Shown: positions 8,923-18,448 of the stretch, in pieces
Numbering within the stretch: position 1 is the first letter of the stretch
Layout of the letters: each line of letters opens with the position of its first letter
Assembly: GCA_040326155.1 (NCBI GenBank)
Contig: JBEQLE010000012.1
Location: 729-64,728 of the forward strand
Direction of reading: 5' to 3'
Source of the DNA: Leptospirales bacterium
GTDB taxonomy: Bacteria > Spirochaetota > Leptospiria > Turneriellales > JAOUFE01
DNA: 64,000 nt
Notes under the pieces: model-generated
Told to the model about the DNA's origin: nothing
Database searches by the model: none
Seen by the model: the letters and a program-made list of their open reading frames with translations, nothing else
Program-made: the position numbers and the translations under genes

Positions 8923-10269
8923 GTGAATTATATGAAAATCTTACTTATCGGGCCGGTTTTTCAGGCTGACAAGGCAACTCAGGACGGCCTGGCAATTCCT
9001 TCTCTTTCCTTACACATACTTGCAGCTTTAACGCCTGCGGAGCATGAAGTAGTCATCGTTGATGAAGAAAGAGGAGTTCTCACAGACACGAATGAAGAGT
9101 GCGACCTTGTCGGAATAAGTTGTTACACCTCCAATATTCGACGTTGTTATAAATTGGCATCTGCTTTCAGAGAGCGCGGAATTCCTGTAGTTCTTGGTGG
9201 AATTCACCCAAGTGCGGTTCCCAAAGAGTCCATTCGATATGCCGACGCCGTAGTCATAGGTGAAGCTGAAAATGTATGGCAAAATTTGTTGAAGGATGTT
9301 CAAAACAATAAATTAAAAAAAATGTACAAAGGCAGTTTCCCCGACCTTAAAGAGTATTTACCTTTAAAAACGCGCAAACCTAAATTATCTCAGGCCTTCG
9401 GGGTTGTTGTTACAGAAACCTCCCGAGGTTGTCCCTATACCTGCGACTTTTGTTCCGTATACCTTCATTACGGTAGAACGCAGCGACATAAACCTGTAGA
9501 ACATGTAGTCCGTGACCTTGTAGAGGTCGGCGCAAAAAGAGTCTTTTTTGTCGACGACAACATCATGGGAAACCCAAACTATGCCAGAGAATTAATGAAA
9601 CAACTGACCCCGTTAAAAATTCAGTGGGCTGCACAGACCTCCATCAAAGTAATACAAAAAAATCCCGACCTCTTAAAACTTGCGGTACAAAGTGGATGCC
9701 AGGGTCTGTTTTTTGGAATAGAATCAATCTCAGATGCATCTTTAAAAGCATTTCATAAGAATATTAAAGATAAACAAATGATATTCGATACGTTAAAAAT
9801 GGTAAGGGACGCAGGAATTTTCATTTACGCCGGCATGATTTTTGGTTTTGACGAACATACCGAAGAAGTATTTGATGAGGCCATTGAATTTATTTACAAA
9901 AGTAAAATAAGTTCCGTAAACTTCACCTATTTAACGCCCTTCCCCGGAACAGTACTTTTCGATCGTTTACAAAAAGAAAATAGGATCATTTCAACAAATT
10001 GGGATGACTACCATTTTACCTGGGGTCGAGTCCCTTTTCTGCCAAAACATTTTTCGCCTGAAAAACTTTTACAAGAAACGTTGCGTGTAAAACTTGAGGT
10101 ATCTAAATTAGGCAGCTTGCTGAAACGATTTCCTGCAAACTGGCATCACCCTATATATTATTCTGCAATTAACTACGAGTTAAATCGCGAAGCCAAAATG
10201 ATTAAAAAATATCATGAAGATTACAGATCAAATAATATTATAACTCCATCGACTTTTCAGTTAGAATAA
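8923..10269 (+). CDS. Cobalamin-binding radical SAM protein
   Basis: N-terminal B12-binding domain (DLVGIS, VVLGGIHPS, VVIGEAE); SRGCPYTCDFC (CxxxCxxC); FVDDN, FGIES, TPFPGT. Start may be the ATG at 8932. Confidence 0.92.
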   Translation: MNYMKILLIGPVFQADKATQDGLAIPSLSLHILAALTPAEHEVVIVDEERGVLTDTNEECDLVGISCYTSNIRRCYKLASAFRERGIPVVLGGIHPSAVPKESIRYADAVVIGEAENVWQNLLKDVQNNKLKKMYKGSFPDLKEYLPLKTRKPKLSQAFGVVVTETSRGCPYTCDFCSVYLHYGRTQRHKPVEHVVRDLVEVGAKRVFFVDDNIMGNPNYARELMKQLTPLKIQWAAQTSIKVIQKNPDLLKLAVQSGCQGLFFGIESISDASLKAFHKNIKDKQMIFDTLKMVRDAGIFIYAGMIFGFDEHTEEVFDEAIEFIYKSKISSVNFTYLTPFPGTVLFDRLQKENRIISTNWDDYHFTWGRVPFLPKHFSPEKLLQETLRVKLEVSKLGSLLKRFPANWHHPIYYSAINYELNREAKMIKKYHEDYRSNNIITPSTFQLE

Positions 10270-10291
10270 AACAAAATAAAAAACATTCAAA

Positions 10292-10388
10292 AAGGGGGCG
10301 CAGGTATATTCTCCTTTTTTATTTTTAAAAAAATAAAATTCACCCAAACCCCCTTCCGCTCGACCTGCGTTCTCGCTTAACCCCCCGG
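10292..10388. repeat. Intergenic repeat, copy 1 (AAGGGGGCG...AAACCCCCTT..CGACC..GTTCTC..AACCCCCCGG)
   Basis: Same ordered motif blocks recur at 25272-25355. Confidence 0.6.
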
Positions 10389-10440
10389 AATTTTCTTTTT
10401 TATTCTGGAAGCTCTACTTCCATCTTAAAAAAAGGGTACT

Positions 10441-11286
10441 ATGCAGATAAGTAATCAAATTGGAAGTATGATCGGCCTGGGAGTCGCGGGAAATTTTGCG
10501 GGCCATTTAGAACAGGCCGGAGAAGCAGATAGTTTTGCCCATGTTAAGGTAAAAGAGGCTATAGCGCCAAAAGCAATTTTTCCTTTTTATGTGCATGAAC
10601 ACGCCGGTTTTCTGTCGACTTTTCCGCTTTCAGGCGACACCATCACGTTTCCAAATGAAGGAGACAACCTGCAAATTGAACCCGAGGTGGCTTTAATTTG
10701 TCGCATAACTTACAAAAAGAGTGAGGTAAAAAACGAGGTTGTTGATCTTACGCCGCTGCAATTTGCCGCCTACAACGATTGTTCTATTCGAAACCCCAAT
10801 GCCCGAAAAATAAGCCAAAAGAAAAACTGGGGTGAAAAAACGAAGGGCGTCTCAAAAACCTTTCTGGATATCGACAAGTTCACAGAAGGTGGTATTATGG
10901 ATAAATACCGTATTGCGTGTTTCCTGCATCGCGGCGCTGATTTTATCGAGTACGGCATCGACAGTCCCGTTAAAGGCTACAGCTATTTTCATGCGAAATT
11001 ACTGGACTGGATTGTTGAAAAGATGAATTCCCAGCAAGATGAAGACCCTATGGAAAATATTGCAGACCATTTAAAAACCGCTGGCTACCCCAAGTACGCC
11101 TTAATCAGTATCGGGGCCACCCGTTACACTGAGTTCGGAGAGACCCACTTTCTACAAAAAGGCGATCGCAGCGTCGTGGTCGCATATGACGGCACTTTGT
11201 ATACTCCCGATGAAATTACCGAACGGGTAAAACAAAACAACCTGAATGAAAAAGGCATCTCAGCTTTGTGCCAGGATATTGTATAG
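10441..11286 (+). CDS. DUF5718-type conserved protein (FAH-hydrolase-like)
   Basis: GLGVAGNFAGHLEQAGE, LQIEPEVA, AYNDCSIR and KKNWG motifs. Confidence 0.7.
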   Translation: MQISNQIGSMIGLGVAGNFAGHLEQAGEADSFAHVKVKEAIAPKAIFPFYVHEHAGFLSTFPLSGDTITFPNEGDNLQIEPEVALICRITYKKSEVKNEVVDLTPLQFAAYNDCSIRNPNARKISQKKNWGEKTKGVSKTFLDIDKFTEGGIMDKYRIACFLHRGADFIEYGIDSPVKGYSYFHAKLLDWIVEKMNSQQDEDPMENIADHLKTAGYPKYALISIGATRYTEFGETHFLQKGDRSVVVAYDGTLYTPDEITERVKQNNLNEKGISALCQDIV

Positions 11287-11436
11287 ACTGGCCGGTTTTT
11301 CCCCACCTGCAAACTTCAAGCCACAAGAACTGGAGAATATAAAAAAAGCGAATTGATACAATTAAATATTGGTCAAAAATCAATTTTGAATATCATATTA
11401 TTCTTGACATGGTAATCTTTTCTTCTTGAATAGAAC

Positions 11437-12498
11437 ATGGGCAGCAAAATCGCGCAAAATAAGCGTATTCTAAAAGGCAGAAGCCAGATTACCTTTAAAA
11501 CACTGATTGAATTTGGCAGTACTTTTACTCGTATTCTTCTCTCCCTTGTACTTGGCGCAATATTCTTCTTTGTTCATTATCAACTGACAAATAAAGCAAT
11601 GATACAAGACTCAACATGGTTATTACCTGTCATTTTTGTTGTTATGTTTGTTTCACTTGAAATCGGAATGCATTTTATCCGGAAATTATTATTCGAAATG
11701 GAAGTAAGGTTAAACCCTAAAGAAATTAATAAATTTAAATTAAAGATAAAAAAGATAAACCATCGAAAAAAAATGCTTTTATCCGGCTTATTTTTTGCCA
11801 TTTTATACAGTATACTCGGTTGGCTGATAGATGTTCCCTATGAAAATAGTGTAGCAATAACAAGTTTTCACGTTTTCTTTACTATTATCGGATTTTTCTC
11901 CGGCGAGGCAATATATATTAATCTTGGTATTGTTAAAATAATTAAAGAATTTATTAAACACAGAGAATCTGCGTTTGACTATACCGACCCGGATGGTTGT
12001 GCGGGAGTAGAATTTTTAGGTAACAGTTTAATTATGTTTAGCTCCATCTCTTTATTGAACGGTGTAATAACATCCATATTTATAGTTAACTTCAACTTCA
12101 CGTCAGATATTCCCTTTCTGGCCATGTCCATTAAATACTTCTGGTTGTTATTGCCATACGTCGTCGCGATAGCAATTGTAATAGCGCCGGCAATTCCCAT
12201 ACATGTTGCGTTAAATTCTTATAAGTTATTTATTGAAACCAGCCTGACTGGCAAAGTAGAGCAAAAGCGCCATTCCATGAACAAGAAAAATTTATCTGCA
12301 GTGGGTTCTTCTAAACTTCAAGGTGAGTATTCTTTTATACAAACCCAGCGGGAACAAATACATGTATTGAAAACGTGGCCTTTCAATATAAAAAATAATA
12401 TGAAATATATAACATTTATTACCACAAACTCAGTTGCCACGTACTTTACAACCGGGCAAAACTTTTTTAAGAAATACTTACCCGAAATATTCAAGTAA
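11437..12498 (+). CDS. Hypothetical multi-pass membrane protein
   Basis: 353-aa ORF with about 6 hydrophobic segments and a DPDGCAG..FLG loop; very AT-rich. Confidence 0.7.
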   Translation: MGSKIAQNKRILKGRSQITFKTLIEFGSTFTRILLSLVLGAIFFFVHYQLTNKAMIQDSTWLLPVIFVVMFVSLEIGMHFIRKLLFEMEVRLNPKEINKFKLKIKKINHRKKMLLSGLFFAILYSILGWLIDVPYENSVAITSFHVFFTIIGFFSGEAIYINLGIVKIIKEFIKHRESAFDYTDPDGCAGVEFLGNSLIMFSSISLLNGVITSIFIVNFNFTSDIPFLAMSIKYFWLLLPYVVAIAIVIAPAIPIHVALNSYKLFIETSLTGKVEQKRHSMNKKNLSAVGSSKLQGEYSFIQTQREQIHVLKTWPFNIKNNMKYITFITTNSVATYFTTGQNFFKKYLPEIFK

Positions 12499-12548
12499 AT
12501 AGACTTTACGATGTTTCGTCACATGAAGCGCGAATCACTCGCAAAAAG

Positions 12549-12797
12549 TTATCCTCGGGTAAAAATTCGAAACATAATCATAGCTAAAATATAAAATCCT
12601 ATAAAAGCGATAATCATGAAAACGAGTTTTATATACTCAGGTTTCCAGTTTTTCAGCAGGTGTTTTATTTGACTTATCCAGTGGACGATTATTCTTTCGG
12701 CGGGGTTAGCAGCGTAGAGTTCTTTTGCCGTCTTTACTGTTAAAAAGAAAAATAACACAGCAAGCAAAAACGCTGCACCCATAAGTATGATTTCCAT
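12549..12797 (-). CDS. Small hypothetical membrane protein
   Basis: Two hydrophobic helices; AAGGAG RBS upstream. Confidence 0.7.
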   Translation of the reverse strand: MEIILMGAAFLLAVLFFFLTVKTAKELYAANPAERIIVHWISQIKHLLKNWKPEYIKLVFMIIAFIGFYILAMIMFRIFTRG

Positions 12798-12836
12798 TAA
12801 TTTAGCTCCTTAATAATACACCTGGAAAATATTTAA

Positions 12837-12932
12837 GGGTACCTCTAAAAACTTCGTTTTTACGGCACCCTAGGGGCACAAAGGCCGATAAAACCTACTT
12901 TTTTGCAAAAAAATAGGTTTTTAGAGGTGCCC
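12837..12932. mobile_element. 96-bp MITE-like element with IS-type terminal inverted repeats
   Basis: GGGTACCTCTAAAAAC ... GTTTTTAGAGGTGCCC (15/16 match), flanked by TTAA and ATAA; no ORF. Confidence 0.75.
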
Positions 12933-12975
12933 ATAAATAACACCGATACCATGTCCCGCCCTGTAAAGAACTTAT

Positions 12976-14115
12976 TCAACCACCAGTGTTACAACGGCCT
13001 TTTTCACAGTTAAACTCATATTTAAACTTCCCATCATTTTTTTTCAAAACCGACCTGCGCTCTTTAAGTTTTTGCGTAGTTTCCTCTGTAAGTTTGATAT
13101 CTTTTAAAATCATGTCGATTTCTTTGAATACATCCGGCTTTGCTCCCCCGTAATCGTAGGCATTTAATATGTCATGAACCATCTCATATTTTATCATCTC
13201 AATTTCACTGTTCAAAAAATTATTCTTATTAAGATAAGCGTCACATTTTTTCATAAGAGTGTAATGGACTCCGGTCCCTAGTCTACTATAGCCTCCATAA
13301 TCCCAGGTTTGGGCAAACCACTCCGGAAAATATTGGTTAAACCATGGTCCATACGCTTCAAGCATTAACGCTGTAAATTCGTTATCGGTGGTATCCTTTG
13401 AAAGAGCTGCCTTTTGGGCGAAAAGCAATAAGTCAATTCTGGGTTCAATTTCGGTCCCCTCGGCAACAGTAATGACCAATATCCCCGGTAACACAATACC
13501 AACCCAATGAAGGTCATGAAAATAATCCTGTTCCCCCTTTTCTGTGTCCTTATGAAAATGTTTAACAATTCTTTTTTCAATCACTGACAACATATGGGTT
13601 AAAGCCGTATACACACTTCGAAATCCATCAATCGTATGATCTTTTTTAAAAACATTGTAAAGTTCTTTAGCTTTGTTAAATGATATGTTTGGAAATAGTT
13701 TTTCGAACTTTCTTTTGTGTATTTCGGGCGAAAATTCCAGCATGTATTTAGCAGCCCTTGAGCCGGAAATTACATAAGAGGAGTGAATGTAACCCCTTAT
13801 TCCACGCTCGGGCACAAGTTCAACGTAAAACCATATTTTTGATCTGTTTTTAAGTTCACCTTTTACCTGTTCTAAAATTACAACCTCGTTTCCTTTAAAT
13901 AATATATTATAAATATATCTGAATTTTTCAGGTCTATCAATAGAGGCCCAAAGTATGGTATCATCTGAGACAACAACCCCGACCTTTTTTGCAATTGGCT
14001 TATTTTCATTCGATTCTTCGGAGTGAGTATTGGTTCGGGCAAATCGGCCCGAGTGTAACGTTGCCACAGAAAGTACTGCAATTAAAAAACATCGAATTGC
14101 TGGTGTATAAAACAT
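12976..14115 (-). CDS. Exported hypothetical protein with N-terminal SH3b-like domain
   Basis: Signal-peptide-like start; KGNEVVILEQ..WFYVEL..RGYIHSSYV is typical of SH3b. Confidence 0.65.
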   Translation of the reverse strand: MFYTPAIRCFLIAVLSVATLHSGRFARTNTHSEESNENKPIAKKVGVVVSDDTILWASIDRPEKFRYIYNILFKGNEVVILEQVKGELKNRSKIWFYVELVPERGIRGYIHSSYVISGSRAAKYMLEFSPEIHKRKFEKLFPNISFNKAKELYNVFKKDHTIDGFRSVYTALTHMLSVIEKRIVKHFHKDTEKGEQDYFHDLHWVGIVLPGILVITVAEGTEIEPRIDLLLFAQKAALSKDTTDNEFTALMLEAYGPWFNQYFPEWFAQTWDYGGYSRLGTGVHYTLMKKCDAYLNKNNFLNSEIEMIKYEMVHDILNAYDYGGAKPDVFKEIDMILKDIKLTEETTQKLKERRSVLKKNDGKFKYEFNCEKGRCNTGG

Positions 14116-14122
14116 CTTTATT

Positions 14123-14845
14123 TTATGAAAAACCTCTCTCTTTTTTTATTTTTTCATAAGCCCCATTCACTTTTTGAAATTTTTCTTTAGCGTCTTGCTG
14201 AAACTCTTCACCGAGGTGAGTGACTTTATCGGGATGAAATTTGATCGCCATTTTTCGATAAGCCGTTTTTATTTCTTCGTCATTTGCCTCGGGGGTCACT
14301 TCTAAAACTGTGTATGCGCTAGCAGTGTCTTTGTAAAACATCGCTTGAACGGAGTGAATATCTTCGGGACTTACCCCTAAGTCGATTCCAATAGTATAAA
14401 TGACAGCGACTTCTTCTTTTGCTACATGGTTGTCAGCTTTTGCTATTCCAAAAAGGTAATGAAGCAACTGAACTCGGGATGCATAATCCATATTCACTCT
14501 GATCTGTTCGCATACTTCTGATGTAGAAAAATGTCGATTTAAAATATTTTCAAGGGCCTTCATGTATTGTTGTGCAAGCGTCGCCCCGAATTGTCTTGTA
14601 AAAAACCCCCGTACATAATCGAGTTCAGATTTTTCGACTTTGTGGTCGGCCCGAATTACCGCCGCAGATAAAATAAGAAGTGAAGCCGCGAAATCACCTG
14701 ATCGTGTTGTTGCACCAGAGGCTCCGCTCTGCCCGCTCATGCTCCTGTTGTCAACCGCGCTTCCAAATACATACCCGATTATCGCCCCGATTGGACCGCC
14801 TAACGCCCAACCAAGACCCCCACCTATCCATTTCGCAAATGCCAT
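14123..14845 (-). CDS. djlA: DjlA-type co-chaperone (TM anchor + TerB-like + J domain)
   Basis: Gly-rich N-terminal TM helix (GGGLGWALGGPIGA), TerB-like ADHKV..E and ADNHV..E motifs, C-terminal J domain with HPD. Confidence 0.88.
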   Translation of the reverse strand: MAFAKWIGGGLGWALGGPIGAIIGYVFGSAVDNRSMSGQSGASGATTRSGDFAASLLILSAAVIRADHKVEKSELDYVRGFFTRQFGATLAQQYMKALENILNRHFSTSEVCEQIRVNMDYASRVQLLHYLFGIAKADNHVAKEEVAVIYTIGIDLGVSPEDIHSVQAMFYKDTASAYTVLEVTPEANDEEIKTAYRKMAIKFHPDKVTHLGEEFQQDAKEKFQKVNGAYEKIKKERGFS

Positions 14846-14900
14846 ATGCGGATTCTTTATTTTCGCGATTGTACCGTCAATATTTAATAAAAATTCAAGT

Positions 14901-14987
14901 CTAGTGCCGTGTCTTTTTAATTTGTTCCGCTAGCCGTCGGCTAGCCAACGGCTACCGCTTCACAAATTCAAGTGGAAACGCCACTCG
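14901..14987. mobile_element. MITE-like element of the CTAGTGCCGTGTC family
   Basis: Left end CTAGTGCCGTGTCTTTTTAATTTG; imperfect inverted right end CAAATTCAAGTGGAAACGCCACTCG; central hairpin 14931-14954. Related ends at 30618 and 38986. Confidence 0.6.
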
Positions 14988-15063
14988 AAGTGCCTTTTGC
15001 TCTGGCCTTTCGTCGACTTATAATATAGTTGAAATGGGGGAAAGAGGAAGAGTGAAAACGGAT

Positions 15064-15099
15064 AAAAGTTTCAGATGAACACTTTCACCTGAAACTTTT
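15064..15099 (-). terminator. Intrinsic terminator downstream of the cytochrome c gene
   Basis: AAAAGTTTCAGATGAA / TTCACCTGAAACTTTT inverted repeat. Confidence 0.65.
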
Positions 15100-15148
15100 T
15101 CGTGATCCGCTTTTGCAAAACTTTCTTTACTTAAATAAAGAGTGTCGT

Positions 15149-15586
15149 TTATTTAGCCGCGCAAGGGTTACATGGATTACATGGGTTTTCAGCACCGGGA
15201 GCTGGTTTGTTTTTTTCCCACTTTTTAGCCATCACAGGATAATAATCTGCCATCCGGGAAAGCTGTTCTGAATCTTCCGGAAATGCTTTCGATTTCATCG
15301 GGGTGATCATGCAATAGTTGATCATCTCTTTTAAAGTTACTTCTTTATCTGGCATGGCAACGAAGTGCGGAAATGGTCCCGGTTTCTTCTCAAGATTTAA
15401 TAGAGCTCCATTTTCATGACATGTAACACAAGAGGTATTCCCTTCGGCGCTTAAACTCACGTCCTCCCATAAAGTTTTACCTTCTAGTTCATGGGGAGTC
15501 AGCTGCCCCGTTTTCTCGCCTTTACAATGGACCATTGAAAGGGCCAAAACAGATATGACTGCAAATCCAAATATTTTATTTTTCAT
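15149..15586 (-). CDS. Monohaem c-type cytochrome lipoprotein with C-terminal (NPC)3 tail
   Basis: Signal peptide ending MVHC; CVTCH haem motif; INYCM; C-terminus ENPCNPCNPCAAK. Confidence 0.85.
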   Translation of the reverse strand: MKNKIFGFAVISVLALSMVHCKGEKTGQLTPHELEGKTLWEDVSLSAEGNTSCVTCHENGALLNLEKKPGPFPHFVAMPDKEVTLKEMINYCMITPMKSKAFPEDSEQLSRMADYYPVMAKKWEKNKPAPGAENPCNPCNPCAAK

Positions 15587-15710
15587 TTTATACCACCTTA
15601 ATGATTAGATACAACTATAAGCGTCTAAGCAGTGTCAATATTATTTAATCAATATTCCACTAATACTTTCATCGTTCTTTGTCGTGCGCCTTTAACAGAA
15701 GGTAAACTTG

Positions 15711-16145
15711 TTAAGCTTCGCTTAAAAGCTCGTCAACTTTAAGTTCAGGAAAAACCTGTTTAATGCGCTCTAGCATCGCAAGGCTCGGGTTTACCTGCTT
15801 CGAAGACTCTAAGCGCTGGTAACTATACAGATTTTTCATTCCGAGTAGTTTTGCAGCGTCCTTCTGGGTTAAACCCTTTTTAATTCGCAGCATTCGCATA
15901 GTCATCGCAAAAGCTACTTTCGGATGAACCGCGACTTTAACAACATTCTTACCTTTAAGCATTTTTCGGGGCAATGCAAAAATATGCTCCGAGTTTTCGG
16001 ACTCGTCAAGATAGAGGTTTAATACTTCTATCATGTTGTGCTGCAATTTTTTCATGTCGTTGGCTTCGGTAATACACCCTTCAAGCTCTATACATTGCGC
16101 CCAATAACCATTTTCTTCATTGTGAATTTTAAAGTGATATTTCAT
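15711..16145 (-). CDS. hicB: HicB antitoxin with C-terminal XRE HTH
   Basis: GYWAQCIELEGCITEA..L..NMIEVL (HicB fold), then GLTQKDAAKLLG..YQRLE HTH. ATG at 16145. Confidence 0.88.
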   Translation of the reverse strand: MKYHFKIHNEENGYWAQCIELEGCITEANDMKKLQHNMIEVLNLYLDESENSEHIFALPRKMLKGKNVVKVAVHPKVAFAMTMRMLRIKKGLTQKDAAKLLGMKNLYSYQRLESSKQVNPSLAMLERIKQVFPELKVDELLSEA

Positions 16146-16159
16146 AACTGCCTTCTTTA

Positions 16160-16336
16160 TTATGCCTTCAGCCTTTTTAATAAATAACATTCAAGTCCTT
16201 TACTCAACTCATCGTGCATTGGAATAGTCTCTCTCAAGGACTCTTTTCCTATTACAACATGGCTGCCCTTTTGTCGTAAGACCTGCCAGCCTTGTATTTT
16301 ATATTTTTTCAACATCTCTTTTCCGCTGGTAGGCAT
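16160..16336 (-). CDS. hicA: HicA mRNA-interferase toxin (58 aa, absent from the ORF track)
   Basis: Manual translation MPTSGKEMLKKYKIQGWQVLRQKGSHVVIGKESLRETIPMHDELSKGLECYLLKRLKA; GW..RQKGSH and IPMH motifs; directly upstream of hicB. Confidence 0.9.
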   Translation of the reverse strand: MPTSGKEMLKKYKIQGWQVLRQKGSHVVIGKESLRETIPMHDELSKGLECYLLKRLKA

Positions 16337-16350
16337 AATAGGTTATTATC

Positions 16351-16379
16351 AATGTACCAAATATAGTTGGTACTGTCAA
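16351..16379 (-). promoter_or_regulatory. Sigma70-type promoter of hicAB with overlapping operator palindrome
   Basis: Minus strand TTGACA-17 bp-TACATT; GTACCAA-N6-TTGGTAC (16354-16373) spans the spacer. Confidence 0.75.
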
Positions 16380-16492
16380 GAAAATTTAATTAATTGCTCA
16401 CCCTCGGTATTATGAAAAACGAAAATACACTTCACACCCTGGCGGAAGACGGCGAACACTCGGGCGGCTGAGCGGTAGCGAAGACCTTCGAT

Positions 16493-18304
16493 TTACTTTT
16501 TTCGTTTTGATGCAACCGTTTTTACCCGGGTTCTATTTTCCGAGCGTGGTCGCTTCGCGACGCCGACTGGAGCCCGCCCATCCGGGCGTGTTTTGTAGTT
16601 TGTTTTTGGAAATTTTTTTACTAGAATATTCTTTTGTCTCTCTTTGTTTCGAACATCTTTTTCAACAAAGATTTCTTTGCCTGTTTCAAAATCACGTTCG
16701 GTATAATACATTAAAGTTGAACGCGTTGAGGGGGTCGGGGTAAAAATCTGAACCTGCTCGGGAGAAATGGCAAGTTCCACTGAAACTTTTTTTTTGGCCT
16801 CGTTCATGTCGGTAAAATCGCAACCAGGGTGAGCCGCAATAAAGTAATAAGTTAAAAACTGTTTTTTGCCATACTGCTTTGTATACTGCTCGTACTTCTC
16901 TTTAAATTCAGCCAATTCATAAAAATGGGGTTTTCCCATATAGTCTAAAACATTATTTCGGGTATGTTCGGGGGCGACTTTCAATTGACCTGAAGTATAC
17001 TTTTCGGCCAACCGCTTAGTGTATTCATCACCGTGTTTTTTATCGACATTTATAAGGTCATAGCGAAGTCCAGAAGCAACAAAAACTTTTTTTATACCGG
17101 GAATACGTTCTATCTCTTGAAGAAGTTGAAGCTGCGATAAGTGGCTGGGCTTGAGGGTTTTACACACATGGGGAAAAACACATCTTTTGTCGAGACAATT
17201 GCCCGACTTTAATTTTTTCACGCATTCGAAACCATACATGTTGGCGGTCGGCCCTCCGACGTCAGAGAGAATTCCTTTAAATTTATTATGGTGGGTTATT
17301 GCTTTTACTTCATTTAAAACCGAAGTTTTGCTGCGGCTTAACACGGTCCGCCCCTGGTGAACCGCTATCGCACAAAAATTACACTCGCCGTAGCATCCCC
17401 GGTGGGTCGTCACCGAAAAACGGATTGTATCGAGAGCCCGCACCGCACCCCCGCTTGCATAATATGGATGAACCTCCCGTTCGTAATCAAGGTTATAATA
17501 CGAATCAAGTTGTGCCTGCGAAGGGTTCTTTTGAGGAGGGTTTTGCACCAGATAACGATCGCCAATTTTTTGCACAAGCCCTTTGGCCGTGATCGGATCT
17601 GTATTTTCATAAAACAGATTATACATACTCTCAAAATCGCTTTTATTTTGCACACAGCTTTCATGCGAAGGCAACTCTAGAACATCAAACACTGCGTTGT
17701 CAACATTCGGGGCGAGATAAGAAATTCCCCGTATGCTTTTCAGATCAGTTTTTTCTTGTAGAGCTTTTGCAAATTCGAGAATTGCTCCCTCCCCCATACC
17801 GTAAACCAGATAGTCTGCTTTTGCATCCATTAAAATTGATCGTCGTAACTCATTTTTTTTAAAGTCGTAATGAGTTATACGCCGTAGGCTCGCTTCTATT
17901 CCCCCTAGCACAATGGGAACCGTGTTTTTATAAAACCTGCGAATAAGGTTTGTATAGACGAGGGTCGCCCGGTCCGGCCTTTTGTTATTTATTCCCCCGG
18001 GTGTAAAATCGTCGTTTTGTCTTCTTTTGTTTAAAGATGTGTAATTTGCCACCATTGAGTCGACGCTGCCGCCGGTTACACCCCAGAAAAGTTCCGGTTC
18101 ACCAAGACGGGTTATATCGTCGGGACTTTCCACATCTGGTTGGGCAAGAATACCGACTCTAAATCCGTTTGCAACCAGCCACTTTCCAATTTGAGCAACG
18201 CCAATGAAGGGGCTGTCAATGTAGGTATCACCGGTTACGAGAATTATATCAAGGGAATTCCAGCCGAGATTTTCAATTTCTTTTTTTGTAGTTGGTAAAA
18301 ACAT
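16493..18304 (-). CDS. ygiQ: YgiQ-family radical SAM protein (UPF0313)
   Basis: MFLPTT, TGDTYID, DSMVANYT, GGIEASLRR, HRGCYGECNFC, GQLKVAPEH, YFIAAHPG, QVQIFTPTP. Confidence 0.93.
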   Translation of the reverse strand: MFLPTTKKEIENLGWNSLDIILVTGDTYIDSPFIGVAQIGKWLVANGFRVGILAQPDVESPDDITRLGEPELFWGVTGGSVDSMVANYTSLNKRRQNDDFTPGGINNKRPDRATLVYTNLIRRFYKNTVPIVLGGIEASLRRITHYDFKKNELRRSILMDAKADYLVYGMGEGAILEFAKALQEKTDLKSIRGISYLAPNVDNAVFDVLELPSHESCVQNKSDFESMYNLFYENTDPITAKGLVQKIGDRYLVQNPPQKNPSQAQLDSYYNLDYEREVHPYYASGGAVRALDTIRFSVTTHRGCYGECNFCAIAVHQGRTVLSRSKTSVLNEVKAITHHNKFKGILSDVGGPTANMYGFECVKKLKSGNCLDKRCVFPHVCKTLKPSHLSQLQLLQEIERIPGIKKVFVASGLRYDLINVDKKHGDEYTKRLAEKYTSGQLKVAPEHTRNNVLDYMGKPHFYELAEFKEKYEQYTKQYGKKQFLTYYFIAAHPGCDFTDMNEAKKKVSVELAISPEQVQIFTPTPSTRSTLMYYTERDFETGKEIFVEKDVRNKERQKNILVKKFPKTNYKTRPDGRAPVGVAKRPRSENRTRVKTVASKRKK

Positions 18305-18448
18305 ATTTCAGGTTCATATACATGTATTAATTTACACATGCCGTGTAAATCTAACAAGTAATTAGTTCCGTTTGGCAATATGACGCTAAAAAGGGGAATG
18401 AATTGACACCCTCAAAATAATATTTAAACCTGACTAAAATTACAGGGA

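Noticed and set aside
15149..15586. A Sox sulfur-oxidation pathway (cytochrome plus TSUP exporter)
   Set aside because: No soxB/X/Y/Z genes, and the TSUP gene is 8 kb away in an unrelated context.
16430..16492. REP-like GC-rich sequence downstream of ygiQ
   Set aside because: Single degenerate copy with no clean stem; cannot be supported from this window alone.
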